64,000 nucleotides of DNA from an uncultured candidate division Zixibacteria bacterium. Lineage in GTDB: Bacteria; Zixibacteria; MSB-5A5; GN15; FEB-12. Below the pieces are notes generated by a model. It was not told the DNA's origin. It worked only from the letters and a program-made list of their open reading frames with translations, and made no database searches. Shown here piece after piece: positions 8,461-17,553 of this stretch. The translations under genes and the position numbers were made by a program. The number at the start of each line of letters is the position of its first letter. Position 1 is the stretch's first letter. Location: contig CAVPPI010000004.1 in NCBI GenBank assembly GCA_963707365.1, positions 341,469 to 405,468 of the forward strand, in the 5' to 3' direction.

Positions 8461-9777
8461 ATGTCGAAAAAGAAGCTGCTTATTATAATACTGGTTGTGG
8501 TGGTCGTAGCCGTACTCGTCATCGCCAACTTCGTCGTGAACACCGAGCAGACCACAAGCGTTCAGGCTGAAGAGGCCAAGAAGCGGGAGCTGGTTGAGAA
8601 GGTGTCGGCTTCGGGGAGGATACAGCCACAAACGAAAGTGAATATAACTTCGGAAATCAACGGTGAGATTATCGCCCTTCTGGTTAAAGAGGGGGAAGAG
8701 GTTGATGCCGGAGAGTTGCTCATTGTACTTGATACGGTTCAATTGCGTTCGGATGTCGATCAGGCGAGGTATGCGGTTAGTGAAGTAAGCGCCCGCCTGG
8801 AAGGCGCCAAGGTTGCGCTGGACCAAGCTGAAGAGGAATTCCGGCGCCAGGAGAAGTTGTATCAGGACAAGCTGACATCGGAGACTCAGTACACGAACGC
8901 CAAGTATGCCTATCTTAACGCCAAGTCCACGCATGAGGCCACAAAAGCCTCGGCCAGACAATTCCAATCGAGGTATGAATGGCAACTCGATAATCTCAGC
9001 AAGGCAAAAATCGTTGCCCCGATGTCAGGCATAGTGACCTATCTCGATTGCGAGGTTGGTGAAATCGCGCCGGCCCAGAACGCATACTCGCAGGGCAAAA
9101 CCCTGATGACGATATCGAACCTGAATGTTTTTGAGGTCGAGGTAGAGGTCGACGAAACAGAAATCAACAAGGTAGAGCTAATGCAGGTGGCTGATATCGA
9201 GGTGGATGCTTTTCCTGACACGGTTTTTGACGGCGAAGTGGTAGAGATTGGCAACACCGCCATTGTGACGGGCGTTGGCTCGCAGGATCAATCGACCAAC
9301 TTTTACGTTAAGGTTATCTTCAAAGATCCTAATGTGAGGATCCGTCCGGGTATGTCGGCGACCGTTGATATCATCACCAATCGTCAGGAAGGCGCCCTGA
9401 CAGTCCCGTATAGCGCTATCGTGATGCGTTCTTTTGATGTTGATTCTTTAGAGCGCGTCCGGGATTCCGGGGACTCAGAAAGCAGTGGTTCTGCCGGTTC
9501 CGGTCTGCAGGCTTCAGAGAGCGTAGACAGTAGCGCTGCTGCGATGGCCGACGATGAAGGCAACCGTGAAGACCTGAAGGGTGTTTTCGTGGTGCGGGAT
9601 GGTGTGGCGCGGTTCGTTCGGGTGGAAACAGGTATCGCCGACCAGAAACACATAGAAATAACATTAAACCTGACCGAGGGTGACACTGTTATCTCCGGTC
9701 CATATCGCGTACTCAGAAATGTAAAAGATGGCGATCTCGTGGAAGTGACGAGTAAGCGAGGTACAGAGAGAGAGTAG
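8461..9777 (+). CDS. efflux periplasmic adaptor (HlyD/MacA family)
   Basis: N-terminal TM anchor, lipoyl-like half motifs ([28 protein letters not shown] / [10 protein letters not shown]), and a long coiled-coil hairpin. An unusual Ser/Asp-rich insert sits near the C-terminus. Confidence 0.9.
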   Translation: MSKKKLLIIILVVVVVAVLVIANFVVNTEQTTSVQAEEAKKRELVEKVSASGRIQPQTKVNITSEINGEIIALLVKEGEEVDAGELLIVLDTVQLRSDVDQARYAVSEVSARLEGAKVALDQAEEEFRRQEKLYQDKLTSETQYTNAKYAYLNAKSTHEATKASARQFQSRYEWQLDNLSKAKIVAPMSGIVTYLDCEVGEIAPAQNAYSQGKTLMTISNLNVFEVEVEVDETEINKVELMQVADIEVDAFPDTVFDGEVVEIGNTAIVTGVGSQDQSTNFYVKVIFKDPNVRIRPGMSATVDIITNRQEGALTVPYSAIVMRSFDVDSLERVRDSGDSESSGSAGSGLQASESVDSSAAAMADDEGNREDLKGVFVVRDGVARFVRVETGIADQKHIEITLNLTEGDTVISGPYRVLRNVKDGDLVEVTSKRGTERE

Positions 9778-9779
9778 CC

Positions 9780-10487
9780 ATGCCGTTAATCGAGACCAAA
9801 GACCTTTGGAAGACTTATGAAATGGGCAGCGAAAAGGTGCATGCCCTTCGCGGTGTTTCCATCACTATCGAAAAGGGCGAATATGTTGCCATCATGGGGC
9901 CGTCAGGCTCAGGGAAATCCACCCTGATGAACTTGATCGGATGTCTCGACACTCCGACCCAGGGAGAGTATTTTCTCAATTCAAAGCGTGTCAGTCAGAT
10001 GAACGATGATGAGCTGGCTGCAATTCGCAATCGGGAAATAGGCTTCGTATTTCAGACTTTCAATCTTCTTCCCCGGGCGACAGCACTTCATAACGTTGAA
10101 TTGCCACTTATTTATAATGGAACGTCGGCTCAGGGTAGAAAAGAGATGGCCAATCGAGCGTTGGAGAGAGTAGACCTCGGTGACCGTGTTACGCACAAAC
10201 CGAGCGAACTTTCAGGCGGACAGCGCCAGCGAGTGGCGATTGCCCGCGCCCTGGTGAACGATCCGTCGCTGCTTTTGGCTGACGAGCCGACCGGAAATCT
10301 GGATAGTAAGACATCGGTCGATATCATGAAGTTGATCGATGAGCTGCACCGTCAGGGCAACACTATCATTATCGTCACGCACGAAAAGGACATTGCTCTT
10401 CACGCTCACCGGGTTCTGTCCATCCTGGACGGCCAGATAGCCTCGGATGAACGTGTTGCGGATAGCCAGCGCAACGGTGTGCACTAA
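9780..10487 (+). CDS. ABC transporter ATP-binding protein (MacB/LolD type)
   Basis: Walker [10 protein letters not shown], signature [15 protein letters not shown], Walker [13 protein letters not shown]. Confidence 0.95.
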   Translation: MPLIETKDLWKTYEMGSEKVHALRGVSITIEKGEYVAIMGPSGSGKSTLMNLIGCLDTPTQGEYFLNSKRVSQMNDDELAAIRNREIGFVFQTFNLLPRATALHNVELPLIYNGTSAQGRKEMANRALERVDLGDRVTHKPSELSGGQRQRVAIARALVNDPSLLLADEPTGNLDSKTSVDIMKLIDELHRQGNTIIIVTHEKDIALHAHRVLSILDGQIASDERVADSQRNGVH

Positions 10488-10490
10488 AAT

Positions 10491-11711
10491 ATGATTCTGG
10501 GGTCTATCTTTAAGATTGCCTTTGACGCTCTGAGGGCCAATCGTCTCAGGAGTATCCTGACCCTGCTGGGCGTGATCATCGGCGTAACGTCGGTGATGAC
10601 GATCATCTCTGCCCTTGAGGGAATGAGCAGTTCGATCGAAGCGCAATTCCAGCGGTTGGGCCCGGCGACATTCATTGTTCAACGAATAGCCATTATTACT
10701 TCCGAAGAGATGTTTCTCGAAAAGATCAAACGCAAGCCGATTGACTATGAAGCGGTAGAACTAATAGAAAAAAGCTGTGATCTGGTTGAGAAGATATCGC
10801 CCAGGGCGTTCAGTGAAGCGCGGGTCAAGTACGGCGACCAGTCGCTACGCAATATATTCGTTCTGGGGGCTACCGCAACCTATATCGATATCGTAGATCT
10901 GGAGGTTGAACAGGGGAGGTTCCACTCGTTCGAGGACGATCTCTATCGCCGCCCGGTTGCCTTTATCGGAGATATGATTAGGGAAGAGCTTTTCCCGGGG
11001 CTTGATCCCATCGGCAAAGAGCTAAAAATTGACGGTAACAAGTATACGATAATCGGGTTGGCGAAGCGGATGGGAACGCTTTTTGGAAACAGCCAGGATA
11101 ATTTCGTAGTGATTCCTCTGTCGGTTTACAGTAAACAATTCGGGTTCCCTCGCCGGGGGCTGAGCCTTACGATTAAAGCTAAGTCAGTCGAGTTACTTGA
11201 TGAGGCAATGGACCAGGCGCGGGTTGTGTTGCGAGCGCAACGCCATGTGCCGTTTGATGAGCCGGACGATTTCGATATGGTTACGGCAGACAGCATTCTC
11301 GAATTGTTGAACAGTCTGACGAAGATAATCCGCCTCGGTCTGGTAGGTATTTCGTCTATATCTGTTGTCGTGGGGGGGATCGTTGTGATGAACATAATGA
11401 TGGTTTCAGTTACAGAGCGAACGCGGGAGATCGGTATACGAAAATCGATAGGGGCCAGAAGGCGTCATATCCTGATTCAATTTCTCTTTGAAGCCCTTAT
11501 TCTGACATTGACGGGGGGAATAATCGGTATTATGGCCGGATTCGTAATAGCGAAATCGTTGGTGGCAGCTATAGATATGCAGGTAGATCCGTCGGCGCTT
11601 GCGATTATTGCCGGACTATCAATTTCTACTGGAACGGGCTTGATTTTCGGTATATATCCGGCGATGAAGGCTTCGCGCCTGGACCCCATCAAGGCCCTTA
11701 GCTATGAGTGA
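10491..11711 (+). CDS. ABC transporter permease (MacB/FtsX type)
   Basis: TM1, a large periplasmic domain, then three C-terminal TM helices with VTERTREIGIRKSIGA..; ends ..LDPIKALSYE. Confidence 0.9.
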   Translation: MILGSIFKIAFDALRANRLRSILTLLGVIIGVTSVMTIISALEGMSSSIEAQFQRLGPATFIVQRIAIITSEEMFLEKIKRKPIDYEAVELIEKSCDLVEKISPRAFSEARVKYGDQSLRNIFVLGATATYIDIVDLEVEQGRFHSFEDDLYRRPVAFIGDMIREELFPGLDPIGKELKIDGNKYTIIGLAKRMGTLFGNSQDNFVVIPLSVYSKQFGFPRRGLSLTIKAKSVELLDEAMDQARVVLRAQRHVPFDEPDDFDMVTADSILELLNSLTKIIRLGLVGISSISVVVGGIVVMNIMMVSVTERTREIGIRKSIGARRRHILIQFLFEALILTLTGGIIGIMAGFVIAKSLVAAIDMQVDPSALAIIAGLSISTGTGLIFGIYPAMKASRLDPIKALSYE

Positions 11712-11720
11712 GTATACACC

Positions 11721-12971
11721 ATGATGATGACCTGGGTTGAAGTTAGAGACGGTATTCTCTTAGCCCTTTCGGCAATAAGGGGGAATAAACTACGGGCCGG
11801 GCTTACTATTCTCGGGGTAACAGTCGGGGTGGCCTCTGTGATTGGCATGGCTTCGATTGTAGACGGTCTTGACGGGGCTATGAACGAGGAAATCGATTCG
11901 CTGGGTTCGAATGTTGTCTGGATCATGAGATTTCCGCCGAATACGGACAGGGATCAGCTTACCGACGAGGAACGCAATAGACCGCCCATAACTCAGGGTG
12001 AAGCTCTGGCAATACAGGAGAACTGTACCCTTGTCGATGGTGTATCGCCCCAGAACTACTATTTCCAACCGGGTGGAAACGAGGTAAAGTACGGTAACCG
12101 TAAGTTCAGCCAGCCCAGGTTTTTCGGGACGTGGCCCGATTACGTTGATGTAAACAACAAGAACGTTGTACAGGGGCGATTCCTGAACGATACCGACGAG
12201 CAGTTCCGCCTTATGAATTGCGCTATTGGTCACGATGTTGCCGAGGTACTCTTTGAGGGGGACAATCCGATAGGCAAAGAAATCAGAGTCAATGGAAACA
12301 AGTTTGAGGTTGTCGGGGTGCTGGAGGAGGTTTCCTCCAACTTTGGCAACGATGATTTAAACCGATCAGTAATGATTCCGCTATCAACTTTTGAGAAGAT
12401 TCACCCCTGGGAAGAGGCCCTTTTCCTTGCCGCCAGGGCCGTTTCTTATGAACAGATTGAAGATGCGATGGATGAAATTACCGGTATTTTGAGAAATTAC
12501 CGTAAGGTGCCTTTTGACAAGGGCGACAACTTTGCTCTTTCGACTCAAGACCAGTTCAAGGACATCATTGGCAACATAACCAAGTACTTATATATCGCCA
12601 TGATAGTGATTACATCGGTGGGCCTTATGGTCGGCGGAATCGGGGTGATGAATATAATGCTGGTTTCCGTGACCGAGCGGACACGGGAAATAGGTATTCG
12701 TAAGGCTATTGGAGCCAAACGGTCCAATATAATCCTGCAGTTTTTGACCGAAGCCATGACGTTGTCGGGCACGGGCGGGACGATAGGCGTGCTCCTGGGC
12801 GTGACAGTTGGCCTGGTGGTCAACGGTTTGCTCGGTTTCCCGTTGTCCATTTCATATATCTGGGTGTTCATCGGTTTTATTGTATCAGTTTCGGTGGGAC
12901 TCATTTCCGGCGTCTATCCTGCCGTTAAGGCAGCCTGGCTTGACCCGATAGAAGCCCTCCGATACGAATAA
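11721..12971 (+). CDS. ABC transporter permease (MacB/FtsX type), paralogue of the preceding gene
   Basis: Same architecture as the preceding gene: VTERTREIGIRKAIGA.., ends ..LDPIEALRYE. Confidence 0.9.
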   Translation: MMMTWVEVRDGILLALSAIRGNKLRAGLTILGVTVGVASVIGMASIVDGLDGAMNEEIDSLGSNVVWIMRFPPNTDRDQLTDEERNRPPITQGEALAIQENCTLVDGVSPQNYYFQPGGNEVKYGNRKFSQPRFFGTWPDYVDVNNKNVVQGRFLNDTDEQFRLMNCAIGHDVAEVLFEGDNPIGKEIRVNGNKFEVVGVLEEVSSNFGNDDLNRSVMIPLSTFEKIHPWEEALFLAARAVSYEQIEDAMDEITGILRNYRKVPFDKGDNFALSTQDQFKDIIGNITKYLYIAMIVITSVGLMVGGIGVMNIMLVSVTERTREIGIRKAIGAKRSNIILQFLTEAMTLSGTGGTIGVLLGVTVGLVVNGLLGFPLSISYIWVFIGFIVSVSVGLISGVYPAVKAAWLDPIEALRYE

Positions 12972-13088
12972 TTCCCTGCAAAAATTAGAACATATTTGCG
13001 ATTGAAGCCGTCCCTTTTTATATTGCGCGGTGTCAGAACCGGTTATTAGTTTGGAACAGCTGACTCCCTGCGATGTTTATAATATAGT

Positions 13089-14426
13089 ATGAAGATTATC
13101 CAGATTACATTGTTGATGGTGCTCGTCATTATGTTGGGCACTACAGTCTCTCAGGCACAGCAGGCCTGGGGACTGAATGAAAGGCAGACGCGAGAGGCAT
13201 TGTTTCCGATTGATTATGCCGCTTTCAACTCAGCCGATTCGGGCAAGGTGCGTCTGGAGGTTTATTATCAGTTGTACAACGCGGCCCTGAATTTTTACAG
13301 GTTCGATACGCTTTACGCCGCTGACTATGATCTTTCCATTAACGTCTATGGCTCAGGGGATGAGCTTTTGGATTCCTACTCGCAGAGCAAACGGGTTTTT
13401 GTGGAATCCGATGCCAGGGCCAAGTCCACGCAGGATTACCGTACGAACCAGGTCAATTTCGAATTAGAGCCCGGCAAATACGAGGTCAAATTTGTCCTCA
13501 GTGATCCCAATAGTGATGTCGCCGTTACAAAGGACTTCAAGGTCAAGCTTGAGTACCAGCACGAAAAACACCCCCGGCTTTCGGATGTGCAGTTGGTGCA
13601 GGCAGTCTCGACTGTCGAGGACGACACCACCAAGTTTGACAAGGGTGGCTATACCCTGGTGCCATCCGTTTCTCACAAGTACGGGACATCGGATGCGCTG
13701 ACTCTATACTATTATTTTGAGGTGTATCAGGGCAGAGATGAGGCTGATTCTGTTTTGATTGAAACATCAGTCCGCCATGCCAATAAAGGTATGTTATATC
13801 GGGACTCGCTGACGAGCCCTTTTGTCGATGGTGTGTCCCGGCAGTTTCGTGAGATCTCGGTTGACAAGCTCAGGCCGGGTGAGTTCAAGCTCAGCATTTC
13901 GCTCCGTGGCAAGAGAGACAAAAAGCTCGACGGCAAGACCAAGTACTTCGATCTCGTATGGTCCGAGAGGTCGACGCTTCTTTATGACTATGAATCGATT
14001 ATAAATCAGTTATCGATAATTTCACTGCCCAGCGATCTCGAGGACCTCAAGCAGCAGGAGACTTACGAGGACCGGCTGGCCGCATTTAACCTGTTTTGGG
14101 CCAAGCGTGACCCGACTCCGGGAACTGTGGAGAATGAGACCAAGACGGAATTCTACAGGCGTGTGCAGGTAGCCAATGAAAATTTCTCGTACCTGAGAAA
14201 AGCAGGCTGGAAGACTGACCGGGGCCGAGTCTACATCGTCTATGGCGAACCCGATCAAATCGAAGACTACCCGTTTATGCCAAATGCCTATCCTTACCAG
14301 GAGTGGCATTACTACCGTGAGGCCAAGTATAGAAAATTTGTATTTATAGATGAAACCGGCGACGGTGATTTCAGATTAGTTTACCCTTATGATGGATTAG
14401 GAATTGGACCAGAGGATCGATTTTAG
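13089..14426 (+). CDS. GWxTD domain-containing secreted protein
   Basis: Signal peptide. C-terminal ..FWAKRDP..GWKTDRGRVYIVYGEPDQIE..YQEWHY..FVFIDETGDGDFRLV matches the GWxTD domain. Confidence 0.8.
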   Translation: MKIIQITLLMVLVIMLGTTVSQAQQAWGLNERQTREALFPIDYAAFNSADSGKVRLEVYYQLYNAALNFYRFDTLYAADYDLSINVYGSGDELLDSYSQSKRVFVESDARAKSTQDYRTNQVNFELEPGKYEVKFVLSDPNSDVAVTKDFKVKLEYQHEKHPRLSDVQLVQAVSTVEDDTTKFDKGGYTLVPSVSHKYGTSDALTLYYYFEVYQGRDEADSVLIETSVRHANKGMLYRDSLTSPFVDGVSRQFREISVDKLRPGEFKLSISLRGKRDKKLDGKTKYFDLVWSERSTLLYDYESIINQLSIISLPSDLEDLKQQETYEDRLAAFNLFWAKRDPTPGTVENETKTEFYRRVQVANENFSYLRKAGWKTDRGRVYIVYGEPDQIEDYPFMPNAYPYQEWHYYREAKYRKFVFIDETGDGDFRLVYPYDGLGIGPEDRF

Positions 14427-15872
14427 ATGAAAGCAACTTTGAGTGTGAGCGGGGGCTTTTTGGTCTTCGCTTTGATTTTCAGCTTGATGTTCTTCAGCCA
14501 GGGAGAGACCGCTCAACCGCAGAAAGAACTTGCTGTTTATGCCGGTGCTATTGTCAGCGCCAATCCCGCCTTCGATTCCAAGACTTTGATAGAGTTTCCG
14601 TTTTCGTTGAATCGAAGCGAGTTTTCTTTTCACCCGCCGGATTCCGCCGATGGGAATCTCTACGCCAGAGTATTTGCGCAGGTGGATTTGATCGACACGA
14701 CCGGGTATGCCGTGGATTCGGCCCGAACATACTTTTCCGTAAAAGTAGCATCCCTTGAAGAAGCGAAAGTGAGTGACTATCGCATCTTCAACAAGCTGGC
14801 GCTTATGGCCGCTCCGGGTAAATATTCTGCCAGGGTAACGATCATTGATGCGGTTAGCAAGAGACGGGGCGAATACTTTTTCTCGAGGATCGATGTTAAA
14901 GCTCCGTTTGACGGAAAAATCTCGCTTGGCGGTTTGTGCACGGCGTATGATATCAAGTATGTCGGTGACATGCCCGCCGGACAGCATCCGGCTATGCTTA
15001 AAAACGGTTTTCGGGTTGTTGTGAATCCGGTTTCCATCTTTGCGGATTCGGATACGATTCTATTTGTCTACGGCGAGGTTTACGGACTTGCTTATTCGCC
15101 TGCCGATCCCGGGAACTATCAATTGGCCATTACGGTATTTGACGTTCAAGGGGACTTGTATCGGAGCCTGGGTTCCAAAGTCGGGAAAAAACCAGGCGAA
15201 TCGGCAGTTGTAAAGCAGGGCCTGAATATCAGGGGCTGGAATACGGGTAGTTATCGAATTCAAATAGTCGCGTCGGACCTCGATGCCGGGGGCGCCGACA
15301 CCGCTTATATGGCGTTCCATATAGTGTCGCCTGAGGCGATACTCCAGGCAGCTACCAAGGCGGAAGAGGGCTACTCGGTGACCGATAATTTCACCGTTGA
15401 AGATCATGTCAATATGGTTAGGTACCTGCTTGTTCCCGAGGAACTCGAGGTTCTTAAGTCTCTCTCCGAAGAGGGCAAGATGAACTATCTGGCGCAGTAT
15501 TGGAGAGAGCATGACGTTGACCCGACCACCCCTGAAGTGGAAAACCGAACGGAAATGATGTCAAGGTACCGGTTCGTAAACAAGACTTTTTCCACCGACA
15601 TCAGACGCCTGGATGGGTGGTTTACCGACCGTGGCAGGATATATCTGACATACGGGCCGTGGGATGAAAGAGACGATATCGAAGCTCCGCGGGTGGGTAA
15701 TTCCTATGAGGTGTGGTATTACCGGCAGATAAAGCAGGGTTTGATGTTTATATTCGAGGACTATACGGGCAACGACGATTACCGGTTAGTACACTCCAAC
15801 GTTTTTGGTGAAGTGTATAACCAGGAGTGGCAGGACAAGGTCGATGCCGGCTATATTGATTTACCTGATTGA
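14427..15872 (+). CDS. GWxTD domain-containing secreted protein (paralogue)
   Basis: Its start codon abuts the previous stop. C-terminal ..YWREHD..DGWFTDRGRIYLTYGPWDERDDIE..YEVWYY..FIFEDYTGNDDYRLV. Confidence 0.8.
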   Translation: MKATLSVSGGFLVFALIFSLMFFSQGETAQPQKELAVYAGAIVSANPAFDSKTLIEFPFSLNRSEFSFHPPDSADGNLYARVFAQVDLIDTTGYAVDSARTYFSVKVASLEEAKVSDYRIFNKLALMAAPGKYSARVTIIDAVSKRRGEYFFSRIDVKAPFDGKISLGGLCTAYDIKYVGDMPAGQHPAMLKNGFRVVVNPVSIFADSDTILFVYGEVYGLAYSPADPGNYQLAITVFDVQGDLYRSLGSKVGKKPGESAVVKQGLNIRGWNTGSYRIQIVASDLDAGGADTAYMAFHIVSPEAILQAATKAEEGYSVTDNFTVEDHVNMVRYLLVPEELEVLKSLSEEGKMNYLAQYWREHDVDPTTPEVENRTEMMSRYRFVNKTFSTDIRRLDGWFTDRGRIYLTYGPWDERDDIEAPRVGNSYEVWYYRQIKQGLMFIFEDYTGNDDYRLVHSNVFGEVYNQEWQDKVDAGYIDLPD

Positions 15873-15885
15873 TCAGAAAAGAGCA

Positions 15886-15919
15886 CGAAAAAAGCCGCCA
15901 GTATTGGCGGCTTTTTTTT
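15886..15919. terminator. bidirectional rho-independent terminator between convergent genes
   Basis: An A-run, then GCCGCCA (15894..15900) / TGGCGGC (15905..15911) with loop GTAT, then T8. Confidence 0.8.
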
Positions 15920-15938
15920 GCCATAGAATCTGGTTATA

Positions 15939-16466
15939 TCACGGCTCGTCGGTTTCTTCCCCGGCTTCGGGTTGATTCTGCCCGAGAGCGGGTCGAAGGT
16001 TACGCTTGACAGGCACCGTGAATCGTGTCTGCTCAGGATCATTAAGCGAAAAAGTGAAAGATTTTTCGAACTCCTGACCGAGGGCGTCCTTTTTGAGTTT
16101 CAGCTTCGCCTCTTTGGTTTCGCCGGCAGAAATGGTTTCCGGCATCTCAACTTCAAAATAATCACCGGCAATAGCAATCATCGAAGTGTTCAGCCTCATA
16201 TCCGAGACATTGGTGATTTTGAATACGACCTCGTCACGGACTTTCTGACCGAACTGGGTGAGGTCTATTTTGTAAGGCTTTATGATGATCGGAAAAGTGG
16301 AGTCCGGTCTTTGCACGACGTTACTGATAATCTCCACGCGTTTGCCCTGAGGTCCTTCGTTAGTGATGATTTTGGGGCGTTTGGTAATTACTCTCGTGTA
16401 ACGACCGCTATTGAAAATAATTTCGAGTTTTGTGCTGTCACCGACAGCGATCTCCTGTTTTTCCAA
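15939..16466 (-). CDS. DUF1573-family protein, C-terminal fragment
   Basis: The frame is open upstream to 16496 (..SLAEECTKAPLEKQEIAVGDSTKLEIIFN..). It is collinear with paralogue 16733..17431 after that protein's PCGCS motif. Confidence 0.7.
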   Translation of the reverse strand: MEKQEIAVGDSTKLEIIFNSGRYTRVITKRPKIITNEGPQGKRVEIISNVVQRPDSTFPIIIKPYKIDLTQFGQKVRDEVVFKITNVSDMRLNTSMIAIAGDYFEVEMPETISAGETKEAKLKLKKDALGQEFEKSFTFSLNDPEQTRFTVPVKRNLRPALGQNQPEAGEETDEP

Positions 16467-16485
16467 AGGAGCTTTGGTGCACTCC

Positions 16486-16689
16486 TCAGCCAGGGACTAT
16501 CTTTTCAATTTTCAGCGTGTCATCGCCCTTTGAATAAAGCCAGAATGTGTGGCTGACCTTTGCATTTTGCGGAACGTTCCCGAAGTTAAAGGTCGAATCC
16601 GGTATCTCCATAACGGGACCCGCAAAAACCGCACCTGCTATCAGCGCGAGAATCAAACCCGACATCACAATTCGCACTACAGTTTTCAT
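16486..16689 (-). CDS. DUF1573-family protein, N-terminal fragment (signal peptide plus first strands)
   Basis: MKTVVRIVMSGLILALIAGAVFA signal, then ..FNFGNVPQNAKVSHTFWLYSKGDDTLKIEKIVPG, stopping at a TGA exactly where the family CGCT motif is expected. Confidence 0.7.
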   Translation of the reverse strand: MKTVVRIVMSGLILALIAGAVFAGPVMEIPDSTFNFGNVPQNAKVSHTFWLYSKGDDTLKIEKIVPG

Positions 16690-16732
16690 TTCGCTTTATC
16701 TATCCTTTGTCTCACATTAACAATATATCTTC

Positions 16733-17431
16733 TTAGTAGATTTTTCTCTTTATCGGTATTGTTATACGTGTTTCACGTTGATCGTTCAACAATAATGTTA
16801 TCGATTTATAGAACTCTTTATCGAGATATTCCGGTTTTACTTTAATCGTTCCCCAGGTCGAAGTGCGAGCGCCGACAGAGTCCGGTAGGGTGATGTCACA
16901 TTCGTCGACATTGAAGGACATCGGCGTCACAGAAAAAGTCGTGTCGCTGTGGTTTGTTATTTTGAACCTGAGACTGTCGATGTCGTGATCTTTGAATTTC
17001 GATACGTCCAGCACAAACGGTTTTATTGTAACAGGCCGCGTCGAATCGGGACTTCTGGCGATTGTACCCGTCATATAGACTCTGAGGGGATCCGGTCCGG
17101 CATTGGTGTAGATATACGGGTAACCACCGGACGGTCCGACCCGTTTTTTGACGTCCCAGCAGATGGTAACGAGCATGCTGTCACCGGGAGGTATCCAGTT
17201 TCTCTCCATGGATGCTACACTGCACCCGCACGGGGTCTTGATCTCGTTAATTACGAGGGTGTCCGAACCCGTGGATGTAAACCAGAAACTGTGAGTGACC
17301 ACAGAATACTGGGGTATTGTTCCCATCTCAAATCTGTCGTTTGGTATCTTCAAACCCGGCTGGGCAATCGAACTACCGGATAGTACCAAAGACATCACGG
17401 CTGCAAAGATAAATAGTCTTACCATAGTCAT
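16733..17431 (-). CDS. DUF1573 domain-containing secreted protein
   Basis: Signal peptide, then ..FEMGTIPQYSVVTHSFWFTSTGSDTLVINEIKTPCGCSVA.. (DUF1573 core), plus a second Ig-like half. Confidence 0.75.
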   Translation of the reverse strand: MTMVRLFIFAAVMSLVLSGSSIAQPGLKIPNDRFEMGTIPQYSVVTHSFWFTSTGSDTLVINEIKTPCGCSVASMERNWIPPGDSMLVTICWDVKKRVGPSGGYPYIYTNAGPDPLRVYMTGTIARSPDSTRPVTIKPFVLDVSKFKDHDIDSLRFKITNHSDTTFSVTPMSFNVDECDITLPDSVGARTSTWGTIKVKPEYLDKEFYKSITLLLNDQRETRITIPIKRKIY

Positions 17432-17553
17432 AGAATTATAGTCTTCTCCCTCAATTTGGTTCCGGAAATTGACTCAATATATTAAATATCATTGACTTAG
17501 TCAACACCGATAAAAGCCGGGATTTTTCTATGATTTTGTACGGCGGGTTCAAG

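Noticed and set aside
16486-16488. The in-frame TGA in the DUF1573 gene read as selenocysteine, replacing the first Cys of CGCT.
   Set aside because: Reading through the TGA in the same frame gives GVHQSSFGKTGDRCR and then another stop. The conserved continuation lies in a different frame, so this is a frameshift rather than recoding.
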